This document shows positions 13,755-27,892 of a stretch of DNA of 64,000 bases, piece by piece. How positions within the stretch are numbered: position 1 is the first letter of the stretch; every line of letters starts with the position of its first letter. Source of the DNA: Haliotis rufescens. Lineage: Eukaryota. The stretch lies in NCBI RefSeq assembly GCF_023055435.1, contig NW_025964383.1:7254001-7318000 (forward strand). The letters are read 5' to 3'. The position numbers and the translations under genes were made by a program. Below the pieces are notes generated by a model. It had not been told where the DNA came from. It searched no databases and saw only the letters and a list, made by a program, of their open reading frames with translations.

Positions 13755-14569
13755 ATCATCAGCAGCAGCATTATTATTAGCATTATTTTGTAAAAGGACG
13801 GTCTACCCCATTACCGTGTCACAATTAACTTTATACTGTTCTGCACATCGGACTTAGACGACTGGGCCACCCGTGCCCCCCTCACCCGTTGGAGATATCA
13901 TTGTTTTATGAACATAAAGCTGTATTACATATTGTGTAATAACAACACTTGCGGACAGGACTAGTTTTGGTCATCAGCTGATCATTTTAATGGAGGCGGC
14001 GGTAGCGCATTGCAACTGTATACAACGTTTACTCTGCTCCCAGACGGATGATCTACTCCTGAGAGACACTCCACATCTTCACGAAACAGATGCATACAAT
14101 AGCCATGCATGTCAATATACTGGCTGTAGTTTTGACAAAACATTTTTGAATTGTCCATGTTTTTAAACAGTTGCCTTCAACTGCAGGACTTGTGATGTAA
14201 ACGTCACAATGCGTTTGAAGATATGTGTGGGCCATATTTTAACCAGTGACATTTGCCAAAATAAACTGAAAAATATGTGCTGCCATTGTCACATTATTCA
14301 CTTAAGGGTTTAGTAAAACTAGTTCAGAATGTTCAAGACACTTAATGACCGGAAGCTAGCTTTTCAACTAATGAACACATTTGATCCTGCACTAATTTCA
14401 ATATGAAACTCTGATGTTATGGCAGTGCCACTTTAGAAAGAATGAAACTTCGGGGCGAGAACAAGGTGAGTATCTCAAGTTGAACCGGAAGCGGATCATT
14501 TCGTCACTTTATTTCTAACGAGTAGCCGTGCAACAAGAGAACAATTCACTCCTATATGTAGGAATAGGA

Positions 14570-17256
14570 TAGATACAACCAAGGGCGTGTGGAACGTGTA
14601 ACCACACATCTATATACTGATTGTAATACAACTAGGGGCGTGTGGAACGCGTAACCACACATCTGACTGTAATACAACCAGGGACGTGTAACAACACACC
14701 TATATACTGATTGTAATACAGCCAGGGGCATGTAACCACACCCATATACTGATTTTAATACAACCAGGGGCATGTAACCACACCCATATACTGATTTTAA
14801 TACAACCAGGGGCATGTAACCATGCACACATCTATATACTGATTGTAATACAGCCAGGGGCATGTAACCACACCCATATACTGATTTTAATACAACCAGG
14901 GGCATGTAACCATGCACACATCTATATACTGATTGTAATACAACCAGGGGCATGTAACCACACACCTATCTACTGATTGTAATGCAACCAGGGGCATGTA
15001 ACCACACCCATATACTGATTGTAATACAACCAGGGGCATGTAACCACACCCATATACTGATTGTAATACAACCAGGGGCATGTAACCACACCCATATACT
15101 GATTGTAGTACAACCAGGGGCATGTAACCACACCCATATACTGATTGTAATACAACCAGGGGCATGTAACCACACCCATATACTGATTGTAATACAACCA
15201 GGGGCATGTAACCACACCCATATACTGGTTCTAATACAACCAGGGGCATGTAACCACACCCATATCCTGATTGTAATACAACCACGGGCATGTAACCACA
15301 CCCATATACTGATTGTAATACAACAAGGTGCATGTAACCACACCCATATCCTGATTGTAATACAACCAGGGGCATGTAACCACACCCGTATACTGATTGT
15401 TATACAACCGGGGCCATGTAACCACACCCATATACTGATTGTAAAACAACCAGGGGCATGTAACCACACCCATATCCTGATTGTAATACAACCAGGGGCA
15501 TGTAACCACACCCGTATACTGGTTGTTATACAACCAGGGACATGTAACCACACCCACATCCTGATTGTAATACAACCAGGGGCATGTAACCACACCCGTA
15601 TACTGGTTGTAATACAACCAGGGGCATGTAACCACACCCATATACTGATTGTAATACAACCAGGGGCATGTAACCACACCCGTATACTGGTTGTAATACA
15701 ACCAGGGGCATGTAACCACACCCATAACCTGATTGTAATACAACCAGGGGCATGTAACCACACCCATATACTGATTGTTATACAACCAGTGGCATGTAAC
15801 CACACCCATATACTGATTGTAATACAACCAGGGGCATGTAACCACACCCGTATACTGGTTGTAATACAACCAGGGGCATGTAACCACACCCATAACCTGA
15901 TTGTAATACAACCACGGGCATGTAACCACACCCATATACTGATTGTAATACAACCAGGGGCATGTAACCACACCCGTATACTGGTTGTAATACAACCAGG
16001 GGCATGTAACCACACCCATAACCTGATTGTAATACAACCACGGGCATGTAACCACACCCATATCCTGATTGTAATACAACCAGGGGCATGTAACCACACC
16101 CATATACTGGTTGTAATACAACCAGGGGCATGTAACCACACCCATATCCTGATTGTAATACAACCAGGGGCATGTAACCACACCCGTATACTGGTTGTAA
16201 TACAACCAGGGGCATGTAACCACACCCATATACTGATTGTAATACAACCAGGGGCATGTAACCACACCCATATACTGATTGTTATACAACCAGGGTCATG
16301 TAACCACACCCATATACTGATTGTAATACAACCAGGGGCATGTAACCACACCGATATACTGGTTGTAATACAACCAGGGGCATGTAACCACACCCATATA
16401 ATGTTTGTAATACAACCAGGGGCATGTAACCACACCCATACACCGATTGTAATACAACCAGGGGCATGTACCACACCCATATACTGATTATAATACAACC
16501 AGGGGTATGTAACCACACCCATATACTGGTTGTAATACAACCAGGGGCATGTAACCACACCCATACACCGATTGTAATACAACCAAGGGCATGTAACCAC
16601 ACCCATATCCTCATTGTAATACAACTAGGGGCATGTAACCACACCCATATACTGGTTGTAATACAACCAGGGGCATGTAACCACACATCTATATACTGAT
16701 TGTAATACAACCAGGGGCATGTAACCACACATCTATACACTGTTTGTAATACAACCAGGGGCATGTAACCACACCCATACACTGATTGTAATACAACCAA
16801 GGGCATGTAACCACACATCTATATACTTATTGTAATGCAACCAGGGGCATGTAACCACACCCATATACTGATTGTTATACAACCAGGGGCATGTAACCAC
16901 ACCCATATACTGATTGTAATACAACCAGAGGCGTGTAACCACACATCCATATACTTATTGCAATAAAACCAGGGGCATGTAACCACACCCATATATTTAT
17001 TGTAATACAACCAGGGCCATATAACCACACATCTATATACTTATTGTAATACAACCAGGGACGTGTAGCCACACCCATATACTTACTGTTATACAACCAG
17101 GGGCATGTAACCACACCCAAATACTGATTGTAATACAACAAGGGGCATGTAACCACACCCATATACTGATTGTAATACAATCAGGGGCATGTAACCACAC
17201 CCATATACTGATTGTAATACAACCAGGGGCATGAAACCACGCCCATATACTGATTG
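14570..17256. repeat. Minisatellite, 42-bp unit
   Basis: tacaaccaggggcatgtaaccacacccatatactgattgtaa, roughly 63 copies. Confidence 0.97.
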
Positions 17257-17329
17257 GAATTGTCTTATACAACATTTACTTGACCAATAACATCATTATA
17301 TCCTTACTAAAATCAATTTCTAGAATGAT

Positions 17330-18400
17330 TTGAAAAAGCACACAAAATCATACAATAATGATTCCTTATATTGTTTTCATTGTTTCTAATGACCTGGAAC
17401 CGTTTTTGTATCTCATAACTGCCCTAGTGTTTCGATTTAATCTCTGTCACTTAATGGTCTGTTAGGTCTCTCCGTTGTTTTGTTCGCATTATGCTGTTTC
17501 ATACTGTTTTGTAAGCTTTTAATCATGAACATTTACAAAATATGCAAAACATGGAGATTGCATATCAATACTAGTAAAACAAAAATTATAGTTTTGTTGG
17601 TACAAAAGGCGACAAGAGTAAACATATAATATTAATTGGCTCACCAATCGAATATGTCTGCATAAATATCTTGGAATTCACTTTACAAATAAAAACTCTT
17701 TCAAAACTCCTATTAAAGCAAATTGTGAATCTGTCACTAAGGCCATGTACTTTGTATTACGTAAAAGTAGAAGATTTAATCTTTCCATAAAATGTCAATT
17801 ATATCTCTTCGATGCAACCGGAACACCAATTCTAGTATATGGTTGTAAAATCTTGGGTTTTGAAAATTGTAAACAAATAGAAACTGTTCACGTTAATTAT
17901 TTACGTAAATTTCTTCCCATTAAGGAAAGTACACTTTTACACATGTTGTATGGAGAACTTGGAAGAGTACCTATAAATAATTCTATCAAATGTCGAATGG
18001 TATGTTTTTGGGCTAAGGTCTTATCTGACAAAGAACAAAAGTTATCAAGAATTCTATATCAAATGTTATATAATGATGTCTGTATAAACAATAGCTGTCA
18101 AAAATGGATAAAATATGGAAAGTGGAAAGTGTTTTCAATGAAACGGGCTATAGTTTTTATTGGTTAAGCCAACAAGCAGTTCCTCAATCATTTCGTTAAG
18201 ATTATCTGAAAAAGCAACTCAAACATGGAATGCAGAGATTACATGTTCTTCTAAAGGTATCACATATCGCATATTTATAGCTGAACTCTCCCTTGAAAAG
18301 TATTTATTAGTTATCCCTTTCTCGTTGGCTGTAAAAGTCCCTTTATTTAGAACCTCATGCCACCATTTACCTATTGAACTAAGTAGGTGGCACAAAATCC
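17330..18400 (+). pseudogene. LINE ORF2 3' remnant (L2/CR1-group-like)
   Basis: KYLGIHF, LFDATGTPILVYGCKILG, MLYGELGRVPI and FRTSCHHLPIELSRW across frameshifts. Confidence 0.78.
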
Positions 18401-19174
18401 CTGTCAAATATCCCTGAGCGTAAATAAAGTTCTATTCTGACTACTGTTACAGTTCGCGTACTTGCAGCGTTAATGAATGTCTGTGTCAACAACACGTTCT
18501 AACAAAAAATATGATTGATATAATATATTTAAGGTTATACTCCCATATTTGAGTTTGCAACCAGTGTGTCATTTATTTACCATAAATGAAATGGAAAAGA
18601 CACTCTGACCAGATGCATGTCAATGACACGTACGGGACCGACCATTTGGTATTCTACTATCGAAAATAATATATTGTCCTCTATAATCATGAAAAAAAAG
18701 AATTCTGCTCCAGTTTGTTGAAAATATTGTTTGCCACATTCATTGACGCATAGTGTTAAAAGGTTCAGGCTCTGGTTTAGTGGCTAAGCCATCCATTGTC
18801 AGCGTGTTTACGCCATCACAATAGTGCAGGGTGAACTTCAAACAACTTCATCGGTTGTCCAAGCGCACCTCTACAGCATAACAACGGTGAGACCAAGATA
18901 ACATGTAAAACTTTCAATAATACTTCTCATCTTGGATTGAAAATCGCAATTACTCTGTTGACATGTTTACAACATCAATGTCGCCCCATCACCATGGCGT
19001 CTTAAATGAACTTATTGAAGAACATAACAGATCCAGAAGAGCGCCTTGATGAACATGTATTGCAACCGATAATCCGAGAGATATCATGATATATCGTGAT
19101 AAAATATCACGTACACGGTATACAGGATGGTATGTGTGACACTGATAAAACCAAATGATGATCTGTGATCTTAC

Positions 19175-19265
19175 CTGAATCGACGGCGGCAGATGTACAC
19201 ACAGGTGCTACAGGCGAGCAAGGGGCCAGTTCTTATATGGCCCAGCACAGGTGTAAATATAGCCT
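19175..19265 (-). promoter_or_regulatory. Candidate core promoter and short non-coding first exon of a leftward gene
   Basis: On minus: CTATATTTAC (MEF2-like), CACCTG x2, CCATATAAGA (CArG-like/TATA), then CAG/GTAAGA donor at 19175/19174. Confidence 0.3.
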
Positions 19266-20223
19266 TGTCCCTGCAGGGATACAGTTACATGGGTGAGGTA
19301 GGAGCAGTGGGAGGGGCAGGGGAGGGTCTTGACACCATTCCTCGTGACGATTCCAAGAATTCTATTCTAGAACATCTTCTCTTGTAACCTGTGTTTATTT
19401 TTTTGTAATAATGATGTATGGTGTTGAATTCATGACAGCAAGTTGTGTTATAGCAAGTGCGCGCAGTAATGACATGCACAAGGAGCCGTGTTTACAACAT
19501 GTCTCGAACTGCTGCTAAAAAGCAGCAAATTGTCAGGTTTTCGTGACGTCTGGTGGTTGCTGAAGATACCAGCAGTGCGGGATGACGCGGCCAGGACGGC
19601 CAGGAGATCGTTTGGTCATGGCCCGGTCATGAAGGCTGTCATTACTGGCACAAGGGAATTCTATGTCACACTATATCTCCACTAGAACCAGAGCCCCAAG
19701 GCTAGTTCGGAGTCTTGTCGACCATTTAAACAATACAGCTATCTGAGGCAGTGATTTAATCATAGGTGTGTGCTATGCTGGGGGCGTCTGGTGACGAACG
19801 CAGGCCACACCCACCAGTAAGTCGGTTATGGTATAACTACATGTATGTACTGATACTGCCACAACATGAGCGTCGTATAGTTACATGCACTACATTTGTC
19901 AAAAAAGCAATAATGCTGACATCACAGTTTTACGTAAGACAACAGGAAATGTGTAACTGATGATAGACATATGATGTCATATGACCCATGCTACTGTTGC
20001 CCATGTGTTGTCAACAACATGTGCAAGTATTGCCCAGGACAAAATACATGCATTATCAATAGCTGTAAAGGGTGATAATGACAAAACGCTGATGATAATG
20101 ACGGGTATAGTATGGGTATAGTCTGTTTCATATCTACAGAAGCATATCAGGAGTTTGCCCCCTACAAATTCATGTAAATACACCAATCAACTATTCTGGT
20201 TTGATGATTGTGATGCACTGCTT

Positions 20224-22312
20224 GATAACATCTATATGACCCTGCTGATTCACAGGCCGATACTATGATAACATTTATATGACCCTGCTGATTCACAGGC
20301 CGATACTATGATAACATTTATATGACCCTGCTGATTCACAGGCCAATACTATGAAAACATCCATGTGACCCTGCTGATTCACAGGCTGATACTATGATAA
20401 CATGTATATGACCCTGCTGATTCACAGGCTGATGCCATGATAACATCCATGTGACCCTGCTGATTCACAGGTTGATGCCATGATAACATCCATGTGACCC
20501 TGCTAATTCACAGGCTGATGCCATAACAACATCCATGTGGCCCTGCTGATTCACAGGCTGATGCCATGATAACATCCATGTGGCCCTGCTGATTCACAGG
20601 CTGATGCCATGATAACATCCATGTGACCCTGCTGATTCACAGGCTGATGTCATGATAACATCCATGTGGCCCTGCTGATTCACAGGCCGATACTATGATA
20701 ACATTTATATGACCCTGCTGATTCACAGGCCGATACTATGATAACATTTATATGACCCTGCTGATTCACAGGCTGATGCCATGATAACATCCATGTGACC
20801 CTGCTGATTCACAGGCCGATACTATGATAACATTTATATGACCCTGCTGATTCACAGGCCGATAACATGATAACATCCATGTGACCCTGCTGATTCACAG
20901 GCTGATGCCATGATAACATCCATGTGACCCTGCTGATTCACGGGCTGATGCCATGATAACATCCATGTGGCCCTGCTGATTCACAGGCTGATGCCATGAT
21001 AACATCCATGTGGCCCTGCTGATTCACAGGCCGATACTATGATAACATTTATATGACCCTGCTGATTCACAGGCCGATACTATGATAACATTTATATGAC
21101 CCTGCTGATTCACAGGCTGATGCATTGATAACATCCATGTGGCCCTGCTGATTCACAGGCCGATACTATGATAACATGTATATGACCCTGCTGATTCACA
21201 GGCTGATGCCATGATAACATCCATGTGACCCTGCTGATTCACAGGTTGATGCCATGATAACATCCATGTGACCCTGCTAATTCACAGGCTGATGCCATAA
21301 CAACATCCATGTGGCCCTGCTGATTCACAGGTTGATGCCATGATAACATCCATGTGGCCCTGCTGATTCACAGGTTGATGCCATGATAACATCCATGTGA
21401 CCCTGCTAATTCACAGGCTGATGCCATAACAACATCCATGTGGCCCTGCTGATTCACAGGTTGATGCCATGATAACATCCATGTGGCCCTGCTGATTCAC
21501 AGGCTGATGCCATGATAACATCCATGTGACCCTGCTGATTCACAGGCTGATGTCATGATAACATCCATGTGGCCCTGCTGATTCACAGGCCGATACTATG
21601 ATAACATTTATATGACCCTGCTGATTCACAGGCCGATACTATGATAACATTTATATGACCCTGCTGATTCACAGGCTGATGCCATGATAACATCCATGTG
21701 ACCCTGCTGATTCACAGGCCGATACTATGATAACATTTATATGACCCTGCTGATTCACAGGCCGATAACATGATAACATCCATGTGACCCTGCTGATTCA
21801 CAGGCTGATGCCATGATAACATCCATGTGACCCTGCTGATTCACGGGCTGATGCCATGATAACATCCATGTGGCCCTGCTGATTCACAGGCTGATGCCAT
21901 GATAACATCCATGTGGCCCTGCTGATTCACAGGCCGATACTATGATAACATTTATATGACCCTGCTGATTCACAGGCCGATACTATGATAACATTTATAT
22001 GACCCTGCTGATTCACAGGCTGATGCATTGATAACATCCATGTGGCCCTGCTGATTCACAGGCCGATACTATGATAACATTTATATGACCCTGCTGATTC
22101 ACAGGCCGATAACATGATAACATCCATGTGACCCTGCTGATTCACAGACCGATATCATGATAATATCCATGTGACCCTGCTGATTCACATGCCGATAACA
22201 TGATAATATCCATGTGACCCTGATGATTCACAGGCCAATACCATGATAACATCCATGTTCACAGGCTGATACTATGATAAAATCCATGTGACCCTGCTGA
22301 ATCACAGGCTGA
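20224..22312. repeat. Minisatellite, 43-bp unit
   Basis: gaccctgctgattcacaggctgatgccatgataacatccatgt, roughly 48 copies, two main variants. Confidence 0.97.
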
Positions 22313-22344
22313 CTGGCTGTTGACACACATGATTTTGCATATAA

Positions 22345-22932
22345 CGATGACAACACCCACCTGATCAGGCTTACTTTTGATACGATGATAACACCTACCT
22401 GATCAGACTGACTTTTGATACAATGATAACACCTACCTGATGAGGCTGACGTTTGATACAATGATAACACCTACCTGATCAGGCTGACGTTTGATACAAT
22501 CATAACACCTACCTGATCACGCTGACTTTTGATACAATGATAACACCTACCTGATGAGGCTGACGTTTGATACAATGACAACACCTACCTGATCAAACCG
22601 ACTTTTGATACAATGATAACACCTACCTGATTGGGCTGACTTTTGATACAATGATAACACCTACCTGATGAGGCTGACGTTTGATACAATCATAACGCCT
22701 ACCTGATCAGGCTGACTTTTGATACGATGATAACACCTACCTGATTGGGCTGACTTTTGATACAATGATAACACCTACCTGATCAGGCTGACTTTTTATA
22801 CGGTGATAACACCTACCTGATTTGGCTGACTTTTGATACAATGATAACACCTACCTGATCAGGCTGACTTTTGATACAACACCGACCTGATCAGGCTGAC
22901 GTTTGATACAATGATAACACCTAACTGATCAG
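22345..22932. repeat. Minisatellite, 38-bp unit
   Basis: gataacacctacctgatcaggctgacttttgatacaat, roughly 15 copies. Confidence 0.95.
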
Positions 22933-23132
22933 ATATACCTCGATCTGGTGTAACGTGTCATTTCATACAATTATGACAAAAACACAAACTATTTAGTTTG
23001 GTTTATCATTTATTCAAACGGTTACTAAAAACAAACAAAAATGACCATTTTAGGTACATACGAGCAAGGACATATCTTAATATTTTTACATTCGGAATTA
23101 TCATAGTGCTGATTTGGATATGACTAAACATC

Positions 23133-23634
23133 TACACTGAAGGAAACTGAAAGAAAGTATACCTAGTTTATTTTTTATGGAATTGAAAATTGGAAGAACT
23201 GTTGTTATATTCAATTATGTCTATTTAACCATCACTCATTCCTGTAACAGTTTGTAAAAAGTAATCTGTTGCTTGGTAATTTCGTGTAAAAAAAAATGGT
23301 TCAATGAATTCGCAATTACATGACTCCTACCATGTTTAAAATGTTGTAAATCAGTGCCGAAAAAAGCAAATTTATTAATTTTCAAAGATAAGATGTCTAA
23401 GATACTCATCGGCAGTTGTGTATTATGCGAATTGTATTGTTTTTGTTCTAAAGACTAAATTACATTTTTTTAAATACAACCAAGTAGATGTTTCTATGAG
23501 TGCTGACTATAAGCGCCAGTACAGTTCATGTTTTGGATATACTATACCTATCTTAGGATATATTCAATTGAAAATAAAAAATAATATAATACCCAACTGA
23601 GTTGTATACTTTCTTTTGCTTTCTTTTGAGCTTA
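23133..23634. mobile_element. Non-autonomous Tc1-like MITE
   Basis: Starts TA-cactgaag; inverted aaagaaagtatac / gtatactttcttt resembles the TIR of the 6215-7745 element; no ORF. Confidence 0.55.
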
Positions 23635-23827
23635 TGTGATACATTAATACATGCAGGCTGAAACCGCCATATGGATACACTTTGTTCTATGTACGCATTC
23701 CATTTCTAGAAGTAAGGTCGTTTCACTCAATAAAAAACTCCCCTTCTCATTAACTACTTTACATCGTCAATTTGGGTATGGCATCTTTGATCAAATGATT
23801 TATTGGTGTTGAGAAACAAGAAATGGG

Positions 23828-24078
23828 ATATCCCTCTGATCATGAACAAAGTGTAGTGATATTTCTCTGATCATGGACAAAGTGTAGTCATATTTCTCTG
23901 ATCATGAACAAAGTGTCGTGATATTTCTCTGATAATGAACAGAGTGTTGTGATATTTCTCTGATCATGAATAAAGTGTCATGATATCTCTCTGATCACGA
24001 ACAAAGAGTCGTGATATCTCTCTGATCATGAACAAAGTGTCGTGATATTTCTCTGATCATGAACAAAGTGTAGTGATA
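23828..24078. repeat. Minisatellite, 31-bp unit
   Basis: tctctgatcatgaacaaagtgtcgtgatatt, about 8 copies. Confidence 0.93.
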
Positions 24079-27000
24079 CCAAAGACCCGTCATTCCAATC
24101 TGATCATGACTAACAGGATAGTCGTTTCTGTTTTATCATTCATAAAGAATAGTTTTAAATATCCGTGTAATTATAACAGGAAGAGAGAGAGAAGAGAGAG
24201 AGAGAGAGAAGAGAGAACGATTATATATTGTACAAAGCCACAATATTCATCATATATGGGCAATCCATACTATCATAATTATCAAAGACAGATATTACAT
24301 ACACATTTATACGTACAGCTATATACATTGACGTTAGTAACCCGATCAGTGGACAGTGTGTGTACCATGTGAAGACACGGTCTGAATGTCTACTAGGAAA
24401 CTAAGTGCTAAGAGGACACGGCCAAACGAAACTTTCATCTCCTTTCTTCAACATAAGGGCTTGCCTGCCTAAGGATCACAGGCGATCCACTCCTGCGGCT
24501 TCTGGTCATATCTCGTCATGTGGTAGTTAGAGTGTTGTAACATGGTGATCATTGCAGTGGTAGCTATCGGCAATGCACACGCTTCCCCGACAGTTAACCA
24601 GTCAATTTGAGGTTTCACACAAGTCAAATAAGGCGATGTATTGATGGAATTAAGCCACTGTTTCTCCATCAATAGGAGTTTGTAGATGTGACTTGGGAAT
24701 CTAATGATCCATCTTCCCTGGACTAACGAGGGCATAAACCAATCAAAATCGCGTAACGAAATCGACATCCGGTTCGTAAACTGCCGTGCAGATTTGCAAA
24801 GCATATGTACCGTCAATTTAGCATCAAAATATGTATTCAAAACCTTTTCATGTTTTTAAACTATATGATCACGTGATTTGATGCACTTCGCGAAGTAAGA
24901 CCCGTTTGATTTATCGATCAGATCGTCTTGACTGGGCGCCGCCATCTTGTTTGAAGCAAATGCAAGTGATATGAGAGGTGGGATCTGATAAGTCAATAGG
25001 AGGGACATAGAAAGGACATAACTCGTAATAGCCACTGGTGGCGCTACGATCGAGTCCAGAAATTCCAGCCTTGTTCTGCAAGGGTGGAAACTGTACTTGT
25101 AAAGTCAGTTAACTCCCTTGCCTCGGGAAAATGTACTTACTCATACTCTTAGTTGATTGTAAGCCCGACTGTTTAAAGGAGATCTATTGAAAAAAACGTT
25201 TTTAAAACATGTTAAATAATCATACAAAGTACATATTTACACCCAAAAAAGTCATACGTGATTTCATTGTTATCTTAAAAGCAACAAACAACAATATTGA
25301 TATCCCAGTTGGGGGCCGAGCTGTAGCTGTGACGTCACAGTGGAGAGACGTCCGCCATTTTCTTGTATTTATAGTGCATTAATCTGTATGCCAATTAGGT
25401 GATTTTCGGTGTACTGAAGACGCGAAATTGGGTATTGTGTTGCAAAGGGGTGTACATGTACTCGTTCATCAAACAAATGTACAAAGTGTGATGTCTTCAA
25501 ATGTCAAAGAGAAAGGGCCGATTTAGCGTCTCTGTCTATGAGAGAGATGCAGACAAACAAAAAGTACTTGTTTACGAAGTATATATAGCATTCATTGTTG
25601 ACTGACTACCGCCGTACAACAATTGCAAAAGACCATGCTAATTGATCAGATTACATGTTAAGGCAATACCATATGCTACAGTTTTGGTGTACATAAAGGC
25701 ACATATTCATTTCATGGTCGTGCATACTTGAAGCCCTTGCATGTGTCAGGAAAGACCTCTCATGTTATTCACAAAACATACAGGATGAACGTTTTTACAT
25801 TTTTTGGACATCTTCAGTAAACTAGACTTGAAGGTGAGAATGATCTGTATGCACAGTTGATTGCTATCTGTAAGCCCTGAAATCAACTGAGTGTTTCATT
25901 TTAAAAAAAGAAGAGCAAACAGATTAATACTCACTACCACGTACATTCTATACACCTTCTTTATACAAAACGGGGAAGGGATTTAGATGAAGATGTTTTA
26001 GTCATGAAAATCGAAACATATAAAAAAATATGAAGTACATGTAATTGCCTTTGGAATGATTTTACGATAAATGTTAATGTGAAAAAAAGAATTTGTGTGT
26101 CAGTCTTATTGGATACATGTTTATTATTTATTATTTATAAATGGATCTGGGCTTTTTCAAACGAACTCATTCTACCTTGGTTGGGAGGGGGTAGTTTTAA
26201 CTCCTGGATTTCAAGGGGCAGGGGGGGTTTAACCCCCTGAATCACGCCTCTGGTTCCACCAGCGATAATTATTTCAGTCATATTCTCTCTAAACCTAAGG
26301 TAAGTTATTGTATGACAAAAAACTGTTTTAGGTTAGATACGTATTCATTTCTCGTCTCTCCCTAGTATATGGTAGTCCATGTAATAATCATGCCGAGTGG
26401 AGTCATTGTGCATGTAGGCGGCCATCTGCCGGCCACTAACATCCCTCTATTGGTCAGTGAAGTATGTATTATTACGACTGTTTAAAGGGCAGTATTAACT
26501 GAACCAACCATCACTAGAAATACCATTAACACAGAACATTCATGTTCAAAACAAATTTAGGTTTAGACCTCTACTAATTGTTTTGCATTAAAGACAACAC
26601 GATGAGCAAGGTTTTGACAATGGTAAGTGTTTTACACAGGAAAAAGAAATTCTTTTATTGATAAACATCCATTTTATTTAGAAACGTCAAGATAGCCTTT
26701 TATCACCAGATTGTGTTCCCTTGTCGTTCCGTGTTGACATCTGATTGATAGCCTTCACTCACAGATCTACCTGGCTTTCCTCGCTGCTGTCAAGACTACT
26801 AACCACGGGCTCATATTGACATGGACGAATATGTGTAAGGTCATTGAGCGAAAATAGCATTGCCTGGTGATGCCATGGCGAACGCAAGTCATCTATCAAA
26901 CACTATGCAGAAACAGTGATCTGCAAGTCATCTCTCCACTATGACGTCAGATCACTTGATAACAACTCTTATCAATAACTCTCGGCAGTTTCCGGAATAC

Positions 27001-27699
27001 AAGTACGATTGAAATGTTGCAACGGAAACGATATTCTGTGAACAGTCGCATCTACTTAATTTTCGAGTTATCACCATGACAACATGGCATGACAACTATG
27101 TCTTAAAGTGAAATGTAAAGTGGCGGAATTCTATATGAACATTATATTTTGTATGTTAAATGTTGACGACTATTGTGGCAAATAAACAATACATGTATTT
27201 TGACCTAACATATGTTCAGTGGTAATTCTTACATGACGGGTGCACACATACTACAAAGAGAGATATACTCGGGGTGATGTGACTGAGCTGGTAGCGCCAG
27301 CTACTGAACAGCTCAGGGAGTAAAATCGTGACAACAATTTTAGAATAATAACAATTGTAGAATTTTTAGAATTGTGGGTAATCATTATCGGCTAATTCCT
27401 ATGTTGTAACTGGCAGTAAAAGTTGCATTTCGCGCATGCATACACTGCTCACGTTGAATTAGCCTGCTAGCCATAACAAATAGTACTCCACTGTTGTAAA
27501 ATATTTTCACATCATTTATCATTTGCTTTCTTGGTGAATATTCTCAGCAATGTTTTTGTAAAACGTATCCCGGTTCACCATAATGAGTTCAAGCAATGAC
27601 ACGTGGTGGTCAATAAATACGCAATTGGAACAATCCTTGGAATGAAGTGGAATGTGACAATGTTTAATGATACACCGCGGTACGGTTACATCACTGTCT

Positions 27700-27892
27700 T
27701 CAGTGTACGTTGTAAGCGTCTTTGTCGCCGTCGTCGTCACTGACACAGTCGTAGGCGGGATTCTCTATGCCGTTATCCATCATGACCGGTTCGTCTTTGT
27801 TGTTGTCGGGGAAGGTGATGCGGTAGAAGGTGTCCACACGCTTCGGGTCGTCTTCCAGTAGCTTGCCGTGGGGGATCTTGTACTGGCGGTGT
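27700..27892 (-). CDS. LRP-like exon T: cytoplasmic tail with NPxY and stop
   Basis: gacag acceptor, phase 2 match; [13 protein letters not shown]...[22 protein letters not shown] then TGA. Confidence 0.88.

Noticed and set aside
14552-17275. Long ORFs (up to 552 aa) on both strands
   Set aside because: They come from a 42-bp unit (multiple of 3) that lacks stops in several frames; overlapping ORFs on both strands with no splice or domain support indicate a non-coding minisatellite.
26654-26678. Polyadenylation signals (AATAAA on minus) for the LRP-like gene
   Set aside because: Plausible about 1 kb after the stop, but the hexamer is too common in AT-rich DNA to call without transcript data.
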